Of a stretch of DNA of 64,000 nucleotides, positions 29,857-39,856 are shown piece by piece. The first letter of the stretch is position 1; each line of letters opens with the position of its first letter. The DNA lies in IMG/VR virus record IMGVR_UViG_3300008107_000157, positions 1 to 64,000 of that record. One strand, 5' to 3'. The position numbers and the translations under genes are program-made. The stretch comes from a virus. The notes beneath the pieces are model-generated. The model was not told the origin of the DNA. It saw only the letters and a list, made by a program, of their open reading frames with translations, and did no database searches.

Positions 29857-30481
29857 ATTCTTTTATTTTTTGTACTATTTCTTCAGCAAATGCTTTATGT
29901 CCTTTAAAAGACCAATGTCCATCATTTATTTGTGCATCGATATCACTAATTCTTTCAAATTTTATATGATACCCATCTTCTAAATCCCAAAATAAACACA
30001 CTTTAACTTTTTTATGAACATCTAATATTTTTTTAAAAAAATGCATTCGTTCTAGCCACCTTTCATTGTGTAAATCGGTATCAATTAGTGATAAGGTATG
30101 TAAAAAAGATAATATATCATTTTTAGAATATCCTTTTTCTTTTAAAAACACTTCCGATGTTGGAGTTATGGTTTCCCATTGATATCCACTATCATCATCA
30201 TTTTTAGAACATATATCAAATCTATGCGAAAATGTTTTTTGTATTATGACAACATCTCCTTCACCTATTAAGTCGAAATTTTGCATAATACTGTCAATTA
30301 TATAATCATTTCCAACGCCACCCATTCCTAAATTAAATAATTTTAAATTTAATTTTTTAGCTATGATTTCCGGCCATATTAAATCATCTTCGGACTTTTT
30401 ATATTTTAAAGAATATGGGTCATTTGGTAAACAACCATTTCCATGCGTAAACGAACATCCAAATACAAATAAATTATTCAT
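29849..30481 (-). CDS. SGNH-like hydrolase/acyltransferase
   Basis: FGCSFTHG, NLGMGGVGN and DGHWSFKGH motifs. Confidence 0.65.
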   Translation of the reverse strand: MNNLFVFGCSFTHGNGCLPNDPYSLKYKKSEDDLIWPEIIAKKLNLKLFNLGMGGVGNDYIIDSIMQNFDLIGEGDVVIIQKTFSHRFDICSKNDDDSGYQWETITPTSEVFLKEKGYSKNDILSFLHTLSLIDTDLHNERWLERMHFFKKILDVHKKVKVCLFWDLEDGYHIKFERISDIDAQINDGHWSFKGHKAFAEEIVQKIKEYE

Positions 30482-30483
30482 AA

Positions 30484-31380
30484 TTAATGTATATCAGCTT
30501 TTGATTTTTCAAAATAACCATTTTCATACCAATCTTTTGATACGTTGAATACTTCTTGCCAATCATTAATGCTATGCAATCCCCTATCTTCTGCTTCTTT
30601 TCTAACTACATAGTATGGATTAGCATGTTCTCCATATGGATGAATATTCCAATTAGTCATATATTTGTATAAAAGTGTACCCGGTCCATAGTAGAATTCG
30701 GGAAATTCAACGAACTCCCCTGTAACTTTTTGTAGTCTACCTTTTTCCATTATTTTTTTATACCATCTGTAAATTTGTGCTATTATATCCATAGTGGATG
30801 AGTCTGCATAAAAGAATACATCATCAAAGCAAACCTGATTGAATTCGTTTGGAAATCTTGTAGGAGTTGCCGATGAGGCATATGCCGTAAATGGTTTTAT
30901 CGGATGTACATAGAATTTATTTATGGGTAACCCAAATTTATTAACACCTTCTTGTAGAAAGTTTATATCAAATCGGGTTTTAATAACCATATCATATGTG
31001 ATATCTTTCATTAACTCATATCTTCGTTTAAGTTCTACGCTTTTCATAAAGCTATAAAACATGCCATCCCAAGCTTCAATAAATCCTTCCGAATTAAATG
31101 GTTCATACTCCATCAACTTTGGTTTAAAAGCAAATTTTATTTCATCAGCTTCATTTGGATTATCTATTACATAATCAGTATTTTCCCATCTCGGTTGTGT
31201 TTTATCTCTGTAACTATTTGTATCCCAAGTGTGAATAAAGAAGTCAACATTTACTTTACAATTTTTATGTGTATTAATTTTTACATCAAAATAGTTAAGA
31301 ATGTTTTCCTTAGCCGTTCTCCAAGTACGTGATTGTCCGCTTAAACAAACTGCTATATTATATGTTGTTAACTTTTTCAT
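30484..31380 (-). CDS. Putative glycosyltransferase, SGQxR family paralog
   Basis: IAVCLSGQSR, FIHTW, KTRFD and DDVFF motifs. Confidence 0.6.
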   Translation of the reverse strand: MKKLTTYNIAVCLSGQSRTWRTAKENILNYFDVKINTHKNCKVNVDFFIHTWDTNSYRDKTQPRWENTDYVIDNPNEADEIKFAFKPKLMEYEPFNSEGFIEAWDGMFYSFMKSVELKRRYELMKDITYDMVIKTRFDINFLQEGVNKFGLPINKFYVHPIKPFTAYASSATPTRFPNEFNQVCFDDVFFYADSSTMDIIAQIYRWYKKIMEKGRLQKVTGEFVEFPEFYYGPGTLLYKYMTNWNIHPYGEHANPYYVVRKEAEDRGLHSINDWQEVFNVSKDWYENGYFEKSKADIH

Positions 31381-31381
31381 A

Positions 31382-32185
31382 TTATCTTATTATATCTGGG
31401 TCAATTTTTAATCTTACGTTTTTAATATCAAATATTCGTATTAAGTATGCTAATATCGATTCAACTTTAACATCCGGTGGAAATATATCAGGCGATATTT
31501 GTGGTAAATAATTGTATGCGTTTGCTATAATATCATATGTAAAACTATCTGCGTAGAAAAATATATCACCAACCGCATCATGTGGAAAGTATTCTGTATT
31601 AAAACTATGAACCGAATATAATGTTTTTTCTTTTGGCATTTCAAAATCGTTAACAAATATCATACGATTTAAATAATCAAAACTTAAATCATTTCTCATT
31701 CTTACCACCATATCATATTCAAATCCATAAGCTAATTCCCAATTTCGTTTCATTTCAGCTGCTCTCATAATTCCATATAGTTGAGAACCGGCCCAACTTA
31801 TTGGTGACCACTTTGTGTAATCTCCCAATCTCCATTGAGTTCTGGCATCTAATTCTTCTTTACGACTTGTACTTTTGAATATGTTTTCAATGATGTGTTG
31901 TTTTGGTTTTATAGTTTCCAAAAATTCATCTATTTCTTCCTTTGTAACACCTTCCGCTGGAGGTTGTTCAAAGCCTGAATGGTATTTACCAGCATCCCAT
32001 TGTTGTTTTGTCCAAACCGCAAATGGTGTACTATTAAAATCCCATGTATGTACAAAGTAATCAACTTCTAATTCTTCACCATCTAATATAGGTGATTTTT
32101 GAAGTTCATCAAAGAATAATCCCCAACTTTTGTAGGAATCTTTCCAAGTTCTTAATTGTCCACTTAAACAAACAGCTAATTTCAT
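31382..32185 (-). CDS. Putative glycosyltransferase, SGQxR family paralog
   Basis: LAVCLSGQLR, FVHTW, RMRND and GDIFF motifs. Confidence 0.6.
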   Translation of the reverse strand: MKLAVCLSGQLRTWKDSYKSWGLFFDELQKSPILDGEELEVDYFVHTWDFNSTPFAVWTKQQWDAGKYHSGFEQPPAEGVTKEEIDEFLETIKPKQHIIENIFKSTSRKEELDARTQWRLGDYTKWSPISWAGSQLYGIMRAAEMKRNWELAYGFEYDMVVRMRNDLSFDYLNRMIFVNDFEMPKEKTLYSVHSFNTEYFPHDAVGDIFFYADSFTYDIIANAYNYLPQISPDIFPPDVKVESILAYLIRIFDIKNVRLKIDPDIIR

Positions 32186-32188
32186 TTT

Positions 32189-33121
32189 TTATTGTTTTTC
32201 TACTAATTCATCAATGTAATTATCTACATCATCATTAATAATATATCTATCTTTTAATAAATTTATATAATGTCCCTCCGGAGTTATCGGATTTTTTTGA
32301 GGATTCCCATAGTAGTAGTCTTCGCATCCAATACATCTATGATACCCATCAATGGTACTATCATTATATTCCAAACATTCTGGTCTTAACACTATATAGC
32401 CCGATTCGCCACCTAAATCTCTCCTTTTAAATTGCAATAGTTTTAAATTGTGTAATATAGAATGTCTTATAAATCCATAAAATGGTTTAGTCCTATCTCC
32501 AATACCCCAATCCAACCATTTTAAATAGTATTCAGATGCAATATTCATACTTTCTGAATTTGATAAAAAATAAACATCGTCTATCGTATGAGTATCAATA
32601 GAATAATCTCTTATCAAATTTTCTATATAAAATTCACCCGAATCTAATTCATTTTTATACATTTCTATATCTTGACTTAATCGTCTATTTGGATGAAGTA
32701 ATATATCTGGTCTTAATTTTATAACATAATCATATTTAAATCCATTATCAATTTCATATTCATTTTTTAACTGAATACTTTTGTAAAAAGAATACCATAG
32801 AGGTTGAACTATATCAAATATATTTACAGTTGTATATAGTAAAGGTTCATATTTTACTAACTCTTTATAAGCAATTTGATAATCATCTACTATTATTTTT
32901 TTAGGGTTGTATTTATTTTTAATTTCATTGATATCATTCGATGTTAACTTTGTTTCTTTTGAAAATACATTGGATAAATTATAGCACTTTTGTTTATTTA
33001 TATCCCAAGTGTGAATAAAGAAATCGCAATATGGATACAATATACCAAAAAATTGTTTTAAGTTTTCATAACAATAGTTTCCGGTTCTCCATTGACCACT
33101 AAAACAAACTGCTATTCTCAT
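32189..33121 (-). CDS. Putative glycosyltransferase, SGQxR family paralog
   Basis: IAVCFSGQWR, FIHTW, KLRPD and DDVYF motifs. Confidence 0.6.
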   Translation of the reverse strand: MRIAVCFSGQWRTGNYCYENLKQFFGILYPYCDFFIHTWDINKQKCYNLSNVFSKETKLTSNDINEIKNKYNPKKIIVDDYQIAYKELVKYEPLLYTTVNIFDIVQPLWYSFYKSIQLKNEYEIDNGFKYDYVIKLRPDILLHPNRRLSQDIEMYKNELDSGEFYIENLIRDYSIDTHTIDDVYFLSNSESMNIASEYYLKWLDWGIGDRTKPFYGFIRHSILHNLKLLQFKRRDLGGESGYIVLRPECLEYNDSTIDGYHRCIGCEDYYYGNPQKNPITPEGHYINLLKDRYIINDDVDNYIDELVEKQ

Positions 33122-33124
33122 ATA

Positions 33125-33874
33125 TTAATAATATACGTTTCCATCAATATAGATTTGTGGATAGTTTCCATTAAATGCATAATTCCAAAGTTTGTATCTA
33201 TTTGATATTTCAAAATTACAAAAGAAAGCAAAGTATTTGGTTAATTCCCAATTTGGATTGAATATTTTATAATTTCCAAATGCTCTTCTACTATACTTAG
33301 CTTCATAATTTTTTAAAATATCTTGAACATCCAACGTTAATAATTTTTTCTTAATTGCAAAGACAATATCATATTCAAAATCGCCTATACCTCTAGTGTT
33401 TTCATCACCAAACATACTACCACATCCTATCCAATACGGAGCATCTACATAGGAAAGTTTATTAAGACCTGAATACACTATACTACCAACGATGTTATTG
33501 TTAAGATAGCAAGATATTTTTGCTTTCGCATCATCGTTTGTCATATATACATCTATAAAATCATCTAAATCTGAATCTTTTAGTTCTATTTGAACTTGCT
33601 TAACCGATTTACTTCCATCTTCTTCATTTTCAAACCAATATGTGTATTGTAAAAATACTTTATCTAACTGATTTTTAAATATAGATATGCCTGAATGCAT
33701 TCCACTTCTGGAAATAATAAACGATTCGTTTTCTGTTAAAGTTTCTTTATCAATTTTTACTCTAGCAAATAAAGTAAAATCGTTTTCCATAGAATCACCT
33801 ATATTAGATTCTTTAAATGATACATTTGATGGGAGTACCAAATATAAATTTTCTGCGTTTATTTTTAAACTCAT
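33125..33874 (-). CDS. Stand-alone LamG/ConA-like beta-sandwich protein
   Basis: DFTLFARVK, IISRSGMHSGI, YLNN and YWIG resemble the inserts in the neighbouring GT7 genes; start probably MSLK at 33874. Confidence 0.5.
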   Translation of the reverse strand: MSLKINAENLYLVLPSNVSFKESNIGDSMENDFTLFARVKIDKETLTENESFIISRSGMHSGISIFKNQLDKVFLQYTYWFENEEDGSKSVKQVQIELKDSDLDDFIDVYMTNDDAKAKISCYLNNNIVGSIVYSGLNKLSYVDAPYWIGCGSMFGDENTRGIGDFEYDIVFAIKKKLLTLDVQDILKNYEAKYSRRAFGNYKIFNPNWELTKYFAFFCNFEISNRYKLWNYAFNGNYPQIYIDGNVYY

Positions 33875-35289
33875 ATTGTAATAGTTGAACAAAAGTGATA
33901 AAATTCTTCTAATTCCGGAAACGTTTTAATGAAATCAGTACCTCTGCGTTTATCATGTTCACTAAAATATTTAAAGAAGTTATGTCTATTTTTCATTTGC
34001 TGCATCGAATCTTGTGGTGCTAGCATCCAATCGTAAATTCTTTTAATCTTTTGAACCTCAACATCTGAATATCCAATTTGAGTAGAATTAAAAGATGGGG
34101 TTGAAAAGAATGTTGCCAATTTAGCTTGGTTCATTATTTTTTCTGAAAACTGATGTGGTAACACTTGAACCGTTTGATGTAGTGGGTATCGTAGATATGA
34201 TGAATCTAAGAAAGTTGCCGAATTCCAATAACGATATGGACTTGCATATGTTTCTTTTAATTTATAAATTTCTTTTATCAATTTATCATAATTAAAAACG
34301 GATAAAGCATTATATGTAACCATAAAGGTTACAACTATCTTCGGACAGTTTAAAAGAATTTTATTAATATTATCCCAAAAACGATTAAATTCTAAACCAG
34401 TTCGAATGTATTCAGCTTGTTGTCCCCAAGTATCAGCGGATGTAAATAGAATCAATTCTTTAACTCTACCTTCATCTTCAATTTTCTTTATTTTTTCAAT
34501 CAATTTATCAATCAACGCATCAGGTACACCTAAATTCGAATTAATTGCTAATTTAAGATTTCTATTTGGATTCTTTTCACTAATAATGTAATCCAAAACA
34601 CTCCAAGTATCTTTTGATAATAATGGCTCACCTCCGGTGATTCTGAAGGTGTGTAAATCTCTATATAACTCTGGCCACCATTTCCAAAATGCTTCTACAT
34701 ATGGATTATGCTGTCTTTGTGGAATAGGCATTTTATCTTCACGCTTCATCCAAGTAATATCGTTGAAATTATCAGTAGTTGGAAATCCACCGAATTGCTC
34801 AATTTCTTCCATCCAAGTTGTACTGAATGATGGTCCACAATATGAGCATTTGAAATTACAAACATTTGAAAATGCAACTTCAACATATTTTGGATTATAA
34901 TCATCTCTCCAATCTGAATTAAAAATTTCTTCTTTATGTTCCCAACTCCAACTTTCAGATGATTTAAATATTCTATCACTAAATCTATCCGAATTATCTT
35001 CCACATTCCAACAATAATCACATTCAGCAGGCCTTGCTCCACTTAACATTTCTTTTCTTTTTAGTTTTTTGAAACGAGTATTATGAAGTGCAGATGGATT
35101 TCTTGCTATTTCTTGTTCTGAAATTTTATGAGTAGCGGGGTGATGGCAGGAATGGTTATGTCCACTTTGTAATTGCATAGTTACTTGTGTCCACTTTGCC
35201 AAACACATACCATGTCCGATGGAATCTAATTCGTTTTTTACCTGAACATACAGTGGATTTTCTCCTTTTATAATTTTATCTTCTGCCAT
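33871..35289 (-). CDS. Radical SAM protein with an N-terminal Twitch-like Cys cluster
   Basis: CNFKCSYC (CxxxCxxC), TGGEPLL; N-terminal C..CH...CDYCW. Confidence 0.88.
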   Translation of the reverse strand: MAEDKIIKGENPLYVQVKNELDSIGHGMCLAKWTQVTMQLQSGHNHSCHHPATHKISEQEIARNPSALHNTRFKKLKRKEMLSGARPAECDYCWNVEDNSDRFSDRIFKSSESWSWEHKEEIFNSDWRDDYNPKYVEVAFSNVCNFKCSYCGPSFSTTWMEEIEQFGGFPTTDNFNDITWMKREDKMPIPQRQHNPYVEAFWKWWPELYRDLHTFRITGGEPLLSKDTWSVLDYIISEKNPNRNLKLAINSNLGVPDALIDKLIEKIKKIEDEGRVKELILFTSADTWGQQAEYIRTGLEFNRFWDNINKILLNCPKIVVTFMVTYNALSVFNYDKLIKEIYKLKETYASPYRYWNSATFLDSSYLRYPLHQTVQVLPHQFSEKIMNQAKLATFFSTPSFNSTQIGYSDVEVQKIKRIYDWMLAPQDSMQQMKNRHNFFKYFSEHDKRRGTDFIKTFPELEEFYHFCSTITI

Positions 35290-35293
35290 TTTA

Positions 35294-36640
35294 TTATTTT
35301 ATACAATGAACGTTAATCATCTTATGTTTATCAAATATAGTTTGTGTATTTAGATATTTAAATTTTTCATCTAAATTACTCATACCATCGTTTTTATAAT
35401 CTATTTTACCTTGCTGCATTTCTAACACATATCTTCTTTCGTTTGCAGCTGTGGTTTCTCCTTTTGCCCACTTTTCTATTCCACCAACATTAATTAATCC
35501 TTCGGTTTGATGCGGTAAGCATAGAAATTTACCATCTCGTCTATATGGTAAAATTACATCAGAAATTTTTATATCTCTATCTTCAAATGAAACATTTTTA
35601 CATATTCCATCATTTAATTCGGATTGGTCTATAACTCTACCCATCTCATCAAATTCTTTAAAATTATAATGTAATAACAATCCCTTTGTTGAGAATTGTT
35701 TGTGTAATAATTCTATTTCAGCTTCACCTAAAGCTCTGTTCCAAAATTTAATATCTGCAATTTCGCCTTTAAAAAAGGCGTTTGGTTCAAATCCAGCTAC
35801 CGATGGGGTATATCCTATATAGAATGGTTCGCTCCCATATCTTTTTAAAGTATGTTCGTATCTTAGTGGAGATTCTGTACCCGTACCATGTCTTGCGCTA
35901 CTCTCTCTACCATTTAGATAAAAGTGCATTTTTTTGTTATAATCATCTGCAACCATTGTTAGCCAACTCCACTCACCTTCATATCGTTTAAACCATTGAT
36001 ATAAATGTTCTTTATGTGAGTTCCATAGCATGGCTGTATAAGCTCTGCTATTATTAAATGATACACCCCAATCGTAACCTGGCTTTCTAAATATGGGGTA
36101 TTCAACAAACTTTCTATTTTCATCTCCTATCAACCAAATGGGTACTTTTTCAATCTGCTGGTCAGCCTTTACTAATATTGATATTGTATGAGAACTACTT
36201 ATTGCAAATCGCATATCTTCATTGCATGGTATTTTAATCATAGATGTTTTACCATCAAAAATAGCAGCAGTTTTTGTTTTATCAAACTCTATAAACTGCC
36301 TATCAGCCATTCCTTCTTTTACACATCTCCAAAATAAATCATCATCCTCCATACCCCAATCCCAATAATCATTTGAATAACCATTGGTTTTTAGGACTTG
36401 TTCTTTTGTAAATAAAACTGCACCACCAAAATATTCATAATATTTTAATCCATAGTCGGATTGTGAAATACGAACTGCTAAGTGTTTTGGATTATCCGAA
36501 TTGTACGAATAATCGCAACTCTCATCTTCTGGCACCATATCAATATCATGCCATACAATGTAATCACACCCATCTTCAAATGCGTATTTAGCAGCAACAT
36601 TTTTCATCAATCCCCTATTAAAAAGATGTTCATCAATATA
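35294..36640 (-). CDS. GT7 galactosyltransferase-like protein with LamG insert, N-terminally truncated
   Basis: FNRG, HDID, FGG, NGYSN.YWDWGMEDDDL motifs; the frame begins right after the upstream TAG and lacks the first strand (IVPY). Confidence 0.75.
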   Translation of the reverse strand, partial: YIDEHLFNRGLMKNVAAKYAFEDGCDYIVWHDIDMVPEDESCDYSYNSDNPKHLAVRISQSDYGLKYYEYFGGAVLFTKEQVLKTNGYSNDYWDWGMEDDDLFWRCVKEGMADRQFIEFDKTKTAAIFDGKTSMIKIPCNEDMRFAISSSHTISILVKADQQIEKVPIWLIGDENRKFVEYPIFRKPGYDWGVSFNNSRAYTAMLWNSHKEHLYQWFKRYEGEWSWLTMVADDYNKKMHFYLNGRESSARHGTGTESPLRYEHTLKRYGSEPFYIGYTPSVAGFEPNAFFKGEIADIKFWNRALGEAEIELLHKQFSTKGLLLHYNFKEFDEMGRVIDQSELNDGICKNVSFEDRDIKISDVILPYRRDGKFLCLPHQTEGLINVGGIEKWAKGETTAANERRYVLEMQQGKIDYKNDGMSNLDEKFKYLNTQTIFDKHKMINVHCIK

Positions 36641-38068
36641 CTAAATTAATACAGATAAATGATGATACTTTTGTATATGTGAATTACCAATAATCTGATA
36701 CATACAGCTATTTAATCCATCCTTTTTTGTATCATATAAATCTTGCTTTATTTCATTTAAGAATTTTATCTGATTTATACGGGTTTCATTATGAACCCAT
36801 CTACCACCATCCCAACTATTTGTCTTATGTGATAATAGTTTAAATAATCCAACACGTCTATATGGAACATCTATCATTTTACCCAATGATTCTGTTGATT
36901 TAATAAAATGAGAATTAAATACTTGTCCATCATTTTTATTAAAAGTTAAGTCCATTATGTAATTGTTTCTAACAAATTTTGAATCATAATAGAGCATTAA
37001 ATTTTCAGCGGAATTGTAGCCTCTAAAATTTTCTAATAAAGAATTTTCTAAAGCCGTTTCTGATAATGTTTGAATTTCTTTAGGACTCAATATATCGTTG
37101 AATATTGCAAATTCGGAAATTGTTCCTGAAAAATAATTTGGATTACTTCTTTTCGGGTCTCCTACTCCTAAATAAAAATGCTGCTCCTTAGAATAATCTT
37201 TTAATTTTCCTTTGTAATAATCTCTACCAACTAACTCACCATCTTTATAAAAAGAAATTGTTTTTTCTTCAGCATTTATTACTAAAGCTATTTGTGTAAA
37301 ATGGTTTGTAAGTATTTCCGAATTTATTGAGATACATTTATTTTTATCATCCCAAACATCTACTTTATATCTTCTAAAAGAATTAAAAGAAATATTTGTA
37401 TCGTATCCCGGTATAGAAAATACCGTAAAATCATCATATTCCAAATTTGGATTTGAAACCAAATCATCTGGCTTAAAACTTATTAATATGGTTCTGTTTT
37501 TTGAAAAATCTAATAAATCTTTTTTCTCTATTTTAATATGAGATTGCGAACCATCGAAGTACAATCCATATACATTTTTTACATCATTTTTTCCAATGAT
37601 TGTAGTATCTAATGGTAGATTTTCGTTTTTACTTCTAAATAATAAATCATCATCTTCAAACCCCCATCCCCAATATAAATTAGAATAACCATTTATTTTT
37701 TCAAATGCTTCATTTGAAAACATAGTTACACCACCAAAATAATCTTCAAATGATAAATTTTTTGATTTATCGTTTTCTAATTCAAATTCGGTAGCAAGAT
37801 GTAGTGGTATATCTGAATATGAATAATCAACATCAATCGGAATCATATCCACATCGTGAAATACAACGTAATTACAATCTAATTTTTTAGCTTCTAAAAA
37901 GCCTATATTTAATAATTTTCCTCTATTAAATGGTTTTTTATCAGATTGCTCTACGACTATTAATTCGTATTCTATATCATTGTTCGAAAGATAGGAAGGC
38001 ATTTGCTTTATAAATTTTTCCAAATGTTCTTGTCTATCTCTATATGGAACTATAACTCCTAATTTCAT
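36641..38068 (-). CDS. GT7 galactosyltransferase-like protein with LamG insert
   Basis: IVPYRDR, FNRGKLLN, FHDVD, FGGV, NGYSNLYWGWGFEDDDL and DGLNS motifs. Confidence 0.88.
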   Translation of the reverse strand: MKLGVIVPYRDRQEHLEKFIKQMPSYLSNNDIEYELIVVEQSDKKPFNRGKLLNIGFLEAKKLDCNYVVFHDVDMIPIDVDYSYSDIPLHLATEFELENDKSKNLSFEDYFGGVTMFSNEAFEKINGYSNLYWGWGFEDDDLLFRSKNENLPLDTTIIGKNDVKNVYGLYFDGSQSHIKIEKKDLLDFSKNRTILISFKPDDLVSNPNLEYDDFTVFSIPGYDTNISFNSFRRYKVDVWDDKNKCISINSEILTNHFTQIALVINAEEKTISFYKDGELVGRDYYKGKLKDYSKEQHFYLGVGDPKRSNPNYFSGTISEFAIFNDILSPKEIQTLSETALENSLLENFRGYNSAENLMLYYDSKFVRNNYIMDLTFNKNDGQVFNSHFIKSTESLGKMIDVPYRRVGLFKLLSHKTNSWDGGRWVHNETRINQIKFLNEIKQDLYDTKKDGLNSCMYQIIGNSHIQKYHHLSVLI

Positions 38069-38076
38069 ATTTTAAT

Positions 38077-38397
38077 TTAGACTGTTTCTATATCTTTTTT
38101 TGGTCTTACCTTTCTAACAGGCATTGGATTTGATTCGGATTGAGTTACTTCTGCTGTATCTTCATCCCCGCCATTACTTCTAGCTTTTGCTAAATTGTGA
38201 AACTCATACAAATAGTATGCAATTCTCTCACTCCAATCTTTTTTATCAATTTCTTCAAACCAAATAGTTAACGCATCTAATGAATTTGCAATCTTTTCCA
38301 TTGCTTTCACTTTTCTGGTTTCTAACACAACTAATTCTAAATTGGTAGGTTGCGGGGTTTGTTCTTGTTTTACATCTTCTTTTTTACTTGTAGCCAT
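38077..38397 (-). CDS. Hypothetical protein
   Basis: 106 aa, operon-packed. Confidence 0.6.
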   Translation of the reverse strand: MATSKKEDVKQEQTPQPTNLELVVLETRKVKAMEKIANSLDALTIWFEEIDKKDWSERIAYYLYEFHNLAKARSNGGDEDTAEVTQSESNPMPVRKVRPKKDIETV

Positions 38398-38401
38398 ATT
38401 A

Positions 38402-39856
38402 TTAAATTTTAATTGAATGTATGAATATGTTTTCTTTTATTTTTTTAGTTTCCTTTAGGTCATACGATAAAGTATTTAACCCAAAATTATCAGTATTTAA
38501 TACGCCAGATGCAATTTCATAAAAGAATATATTTTCATTCTCTATAAAGTTTTCATCTTTTTCATCCCACTTATAATTCTCTAATTTAAGGAATTTTTTT
38601 GAATTTTCCAAAATTTCAAAATATCCTGGGGATTCTTCGGGCATTGGAAATTTATATGATACGTTTATATCTTCTTTTTCTATCTCTGAAATCAATCCGG
38701 TTGATATTCCCCTTAAATTACTTTTTGATTTCTTAGAAATATCTACATAGAAATCTCCGAATCTTTTATCAAATGGTATATTGATTACAGGTTCAAACGT
38801 TGTACTTTTTTCTTTGTACCCATCTACATATATTTTTTGAATTTCTGATTCTTTTAGTGCGTAATCAAATATTAGTAGTTCTGATATTTTTCCTCTTAAA
38901 TTGTTTTTATATTCTAAACTACCAACCCAAACATCACTCATTGATGTATCCAATATATTTGGTGATATATTTACTCTACTAACATCTTTTCCATTCAAAT
39001 ATAAAACCATTTCCGAATTATTTAAATCGATGGTTAATCCAATATTAACCCATTCGTTACAATAGTTTCTATGTGGAAACCATATTTGATGTAATTCTTT
39101 TTTATCATTCCAAATTTGAGCAACTATGGCTTCATTCTTCATCACAAATAATCCAATATCATATCCTTTTTTCCCAACAATGCAGGCATTTTGAATTTGG
39201 TCATCATTTATATATGCATTTACCGATATTGTAAATGAATCGTTAAATGTTAAATTGGTAACTTTATTGGATTTAATTACACCACATGTATTATCGCTAC
39301 ACAACAATGGATATATTGTTTTTTTAATTTCTCTATTAGCTAACTTACTATCTGTTAGCATATGAGGTTTATATAAATTTTTAGTAAAGAACTTATTGAG
39401 AGTTAGGTATCCTTTTTTATTTAATCGATAATGTAAATCATTCCAATGAAATGCTCCACCCCAATAATCATTACTAAATCCATTAATTTTTTGGAATTGT
39501 TGTTTATTTATTTTAAATGCTCCTCCAATCCAATCGGCATAAGGTCTTAAATTTGAACACAAATGCGTTGGTTTATCCGAATACCAATAATCACATCTTT
39601 CGTCTTTCGGTAAAACATCTATATCGTGAAATATGAAATAGTCATTATCATCTTTTGCTAAATCGAATCCGATGTTACATAATTTACCATAATTAAAATA
39701 TAAATCTGCATATTTTTGGTTCATAAAATGAATAGTATAATCCATTTTATCTTCTAAGAAATATTCCATATGGCCGGAGAATTTATACATTTCATCCAAC
39801 CTATTTTCGGTATATGGTACAATTATTGCTAATTTTTTATTTTCAGCACCTTTCAT
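38402..39856 (-). CDS. GT7-like protein with LamG insert and degenerate catalytic motif
   Basis: IIVPY, FNYGK, FHDID and NGFSNDYWG are present, but GAFHWND replaces WGxEDDD. Confidence 0.75.
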   Translation of the reverse strand: MKGAENKKLAIIVPYTENRLDEMYKFSGHMEYFLEDKMDYTIHFMNQKYADLYFNYGKLCNIGFDLAKDDNDYFIFHDIDVLPKDERCDYWYSDKPTHLCSNLRPYADWIGGAFKINKQQFQKINGFSNDYWGGAFHWNDLHYRLNKKGYLTLNKFFTKNLYKPHMLTDSKLANREIKKTIYPLLCSDNTCGVIKSNKVTNLTFNDSFTISVNAYINDDQIQNACIVGKKGYDIGLFVMKNEAIVAQIWNDKKELHQIWFPHRNYCNEWVNIGLTIDLNNSEMVLYLNGKDVSRVNISPNILDTSMSDVWVGSLEYKNNLRGKISELLIFDYALKESEIQKIYVDGYKEKSTTFEPVINIPFDKRFGDFYVDISKKSKSNLRGISTGLISEIEKEDINVSYKFPMPEESPGYFEILENSKKFLKLENYKWDEKDENFIENENIFFYEIASGVLNTDNFGLNTLSYDLKETKKIKENIFIHSIKI

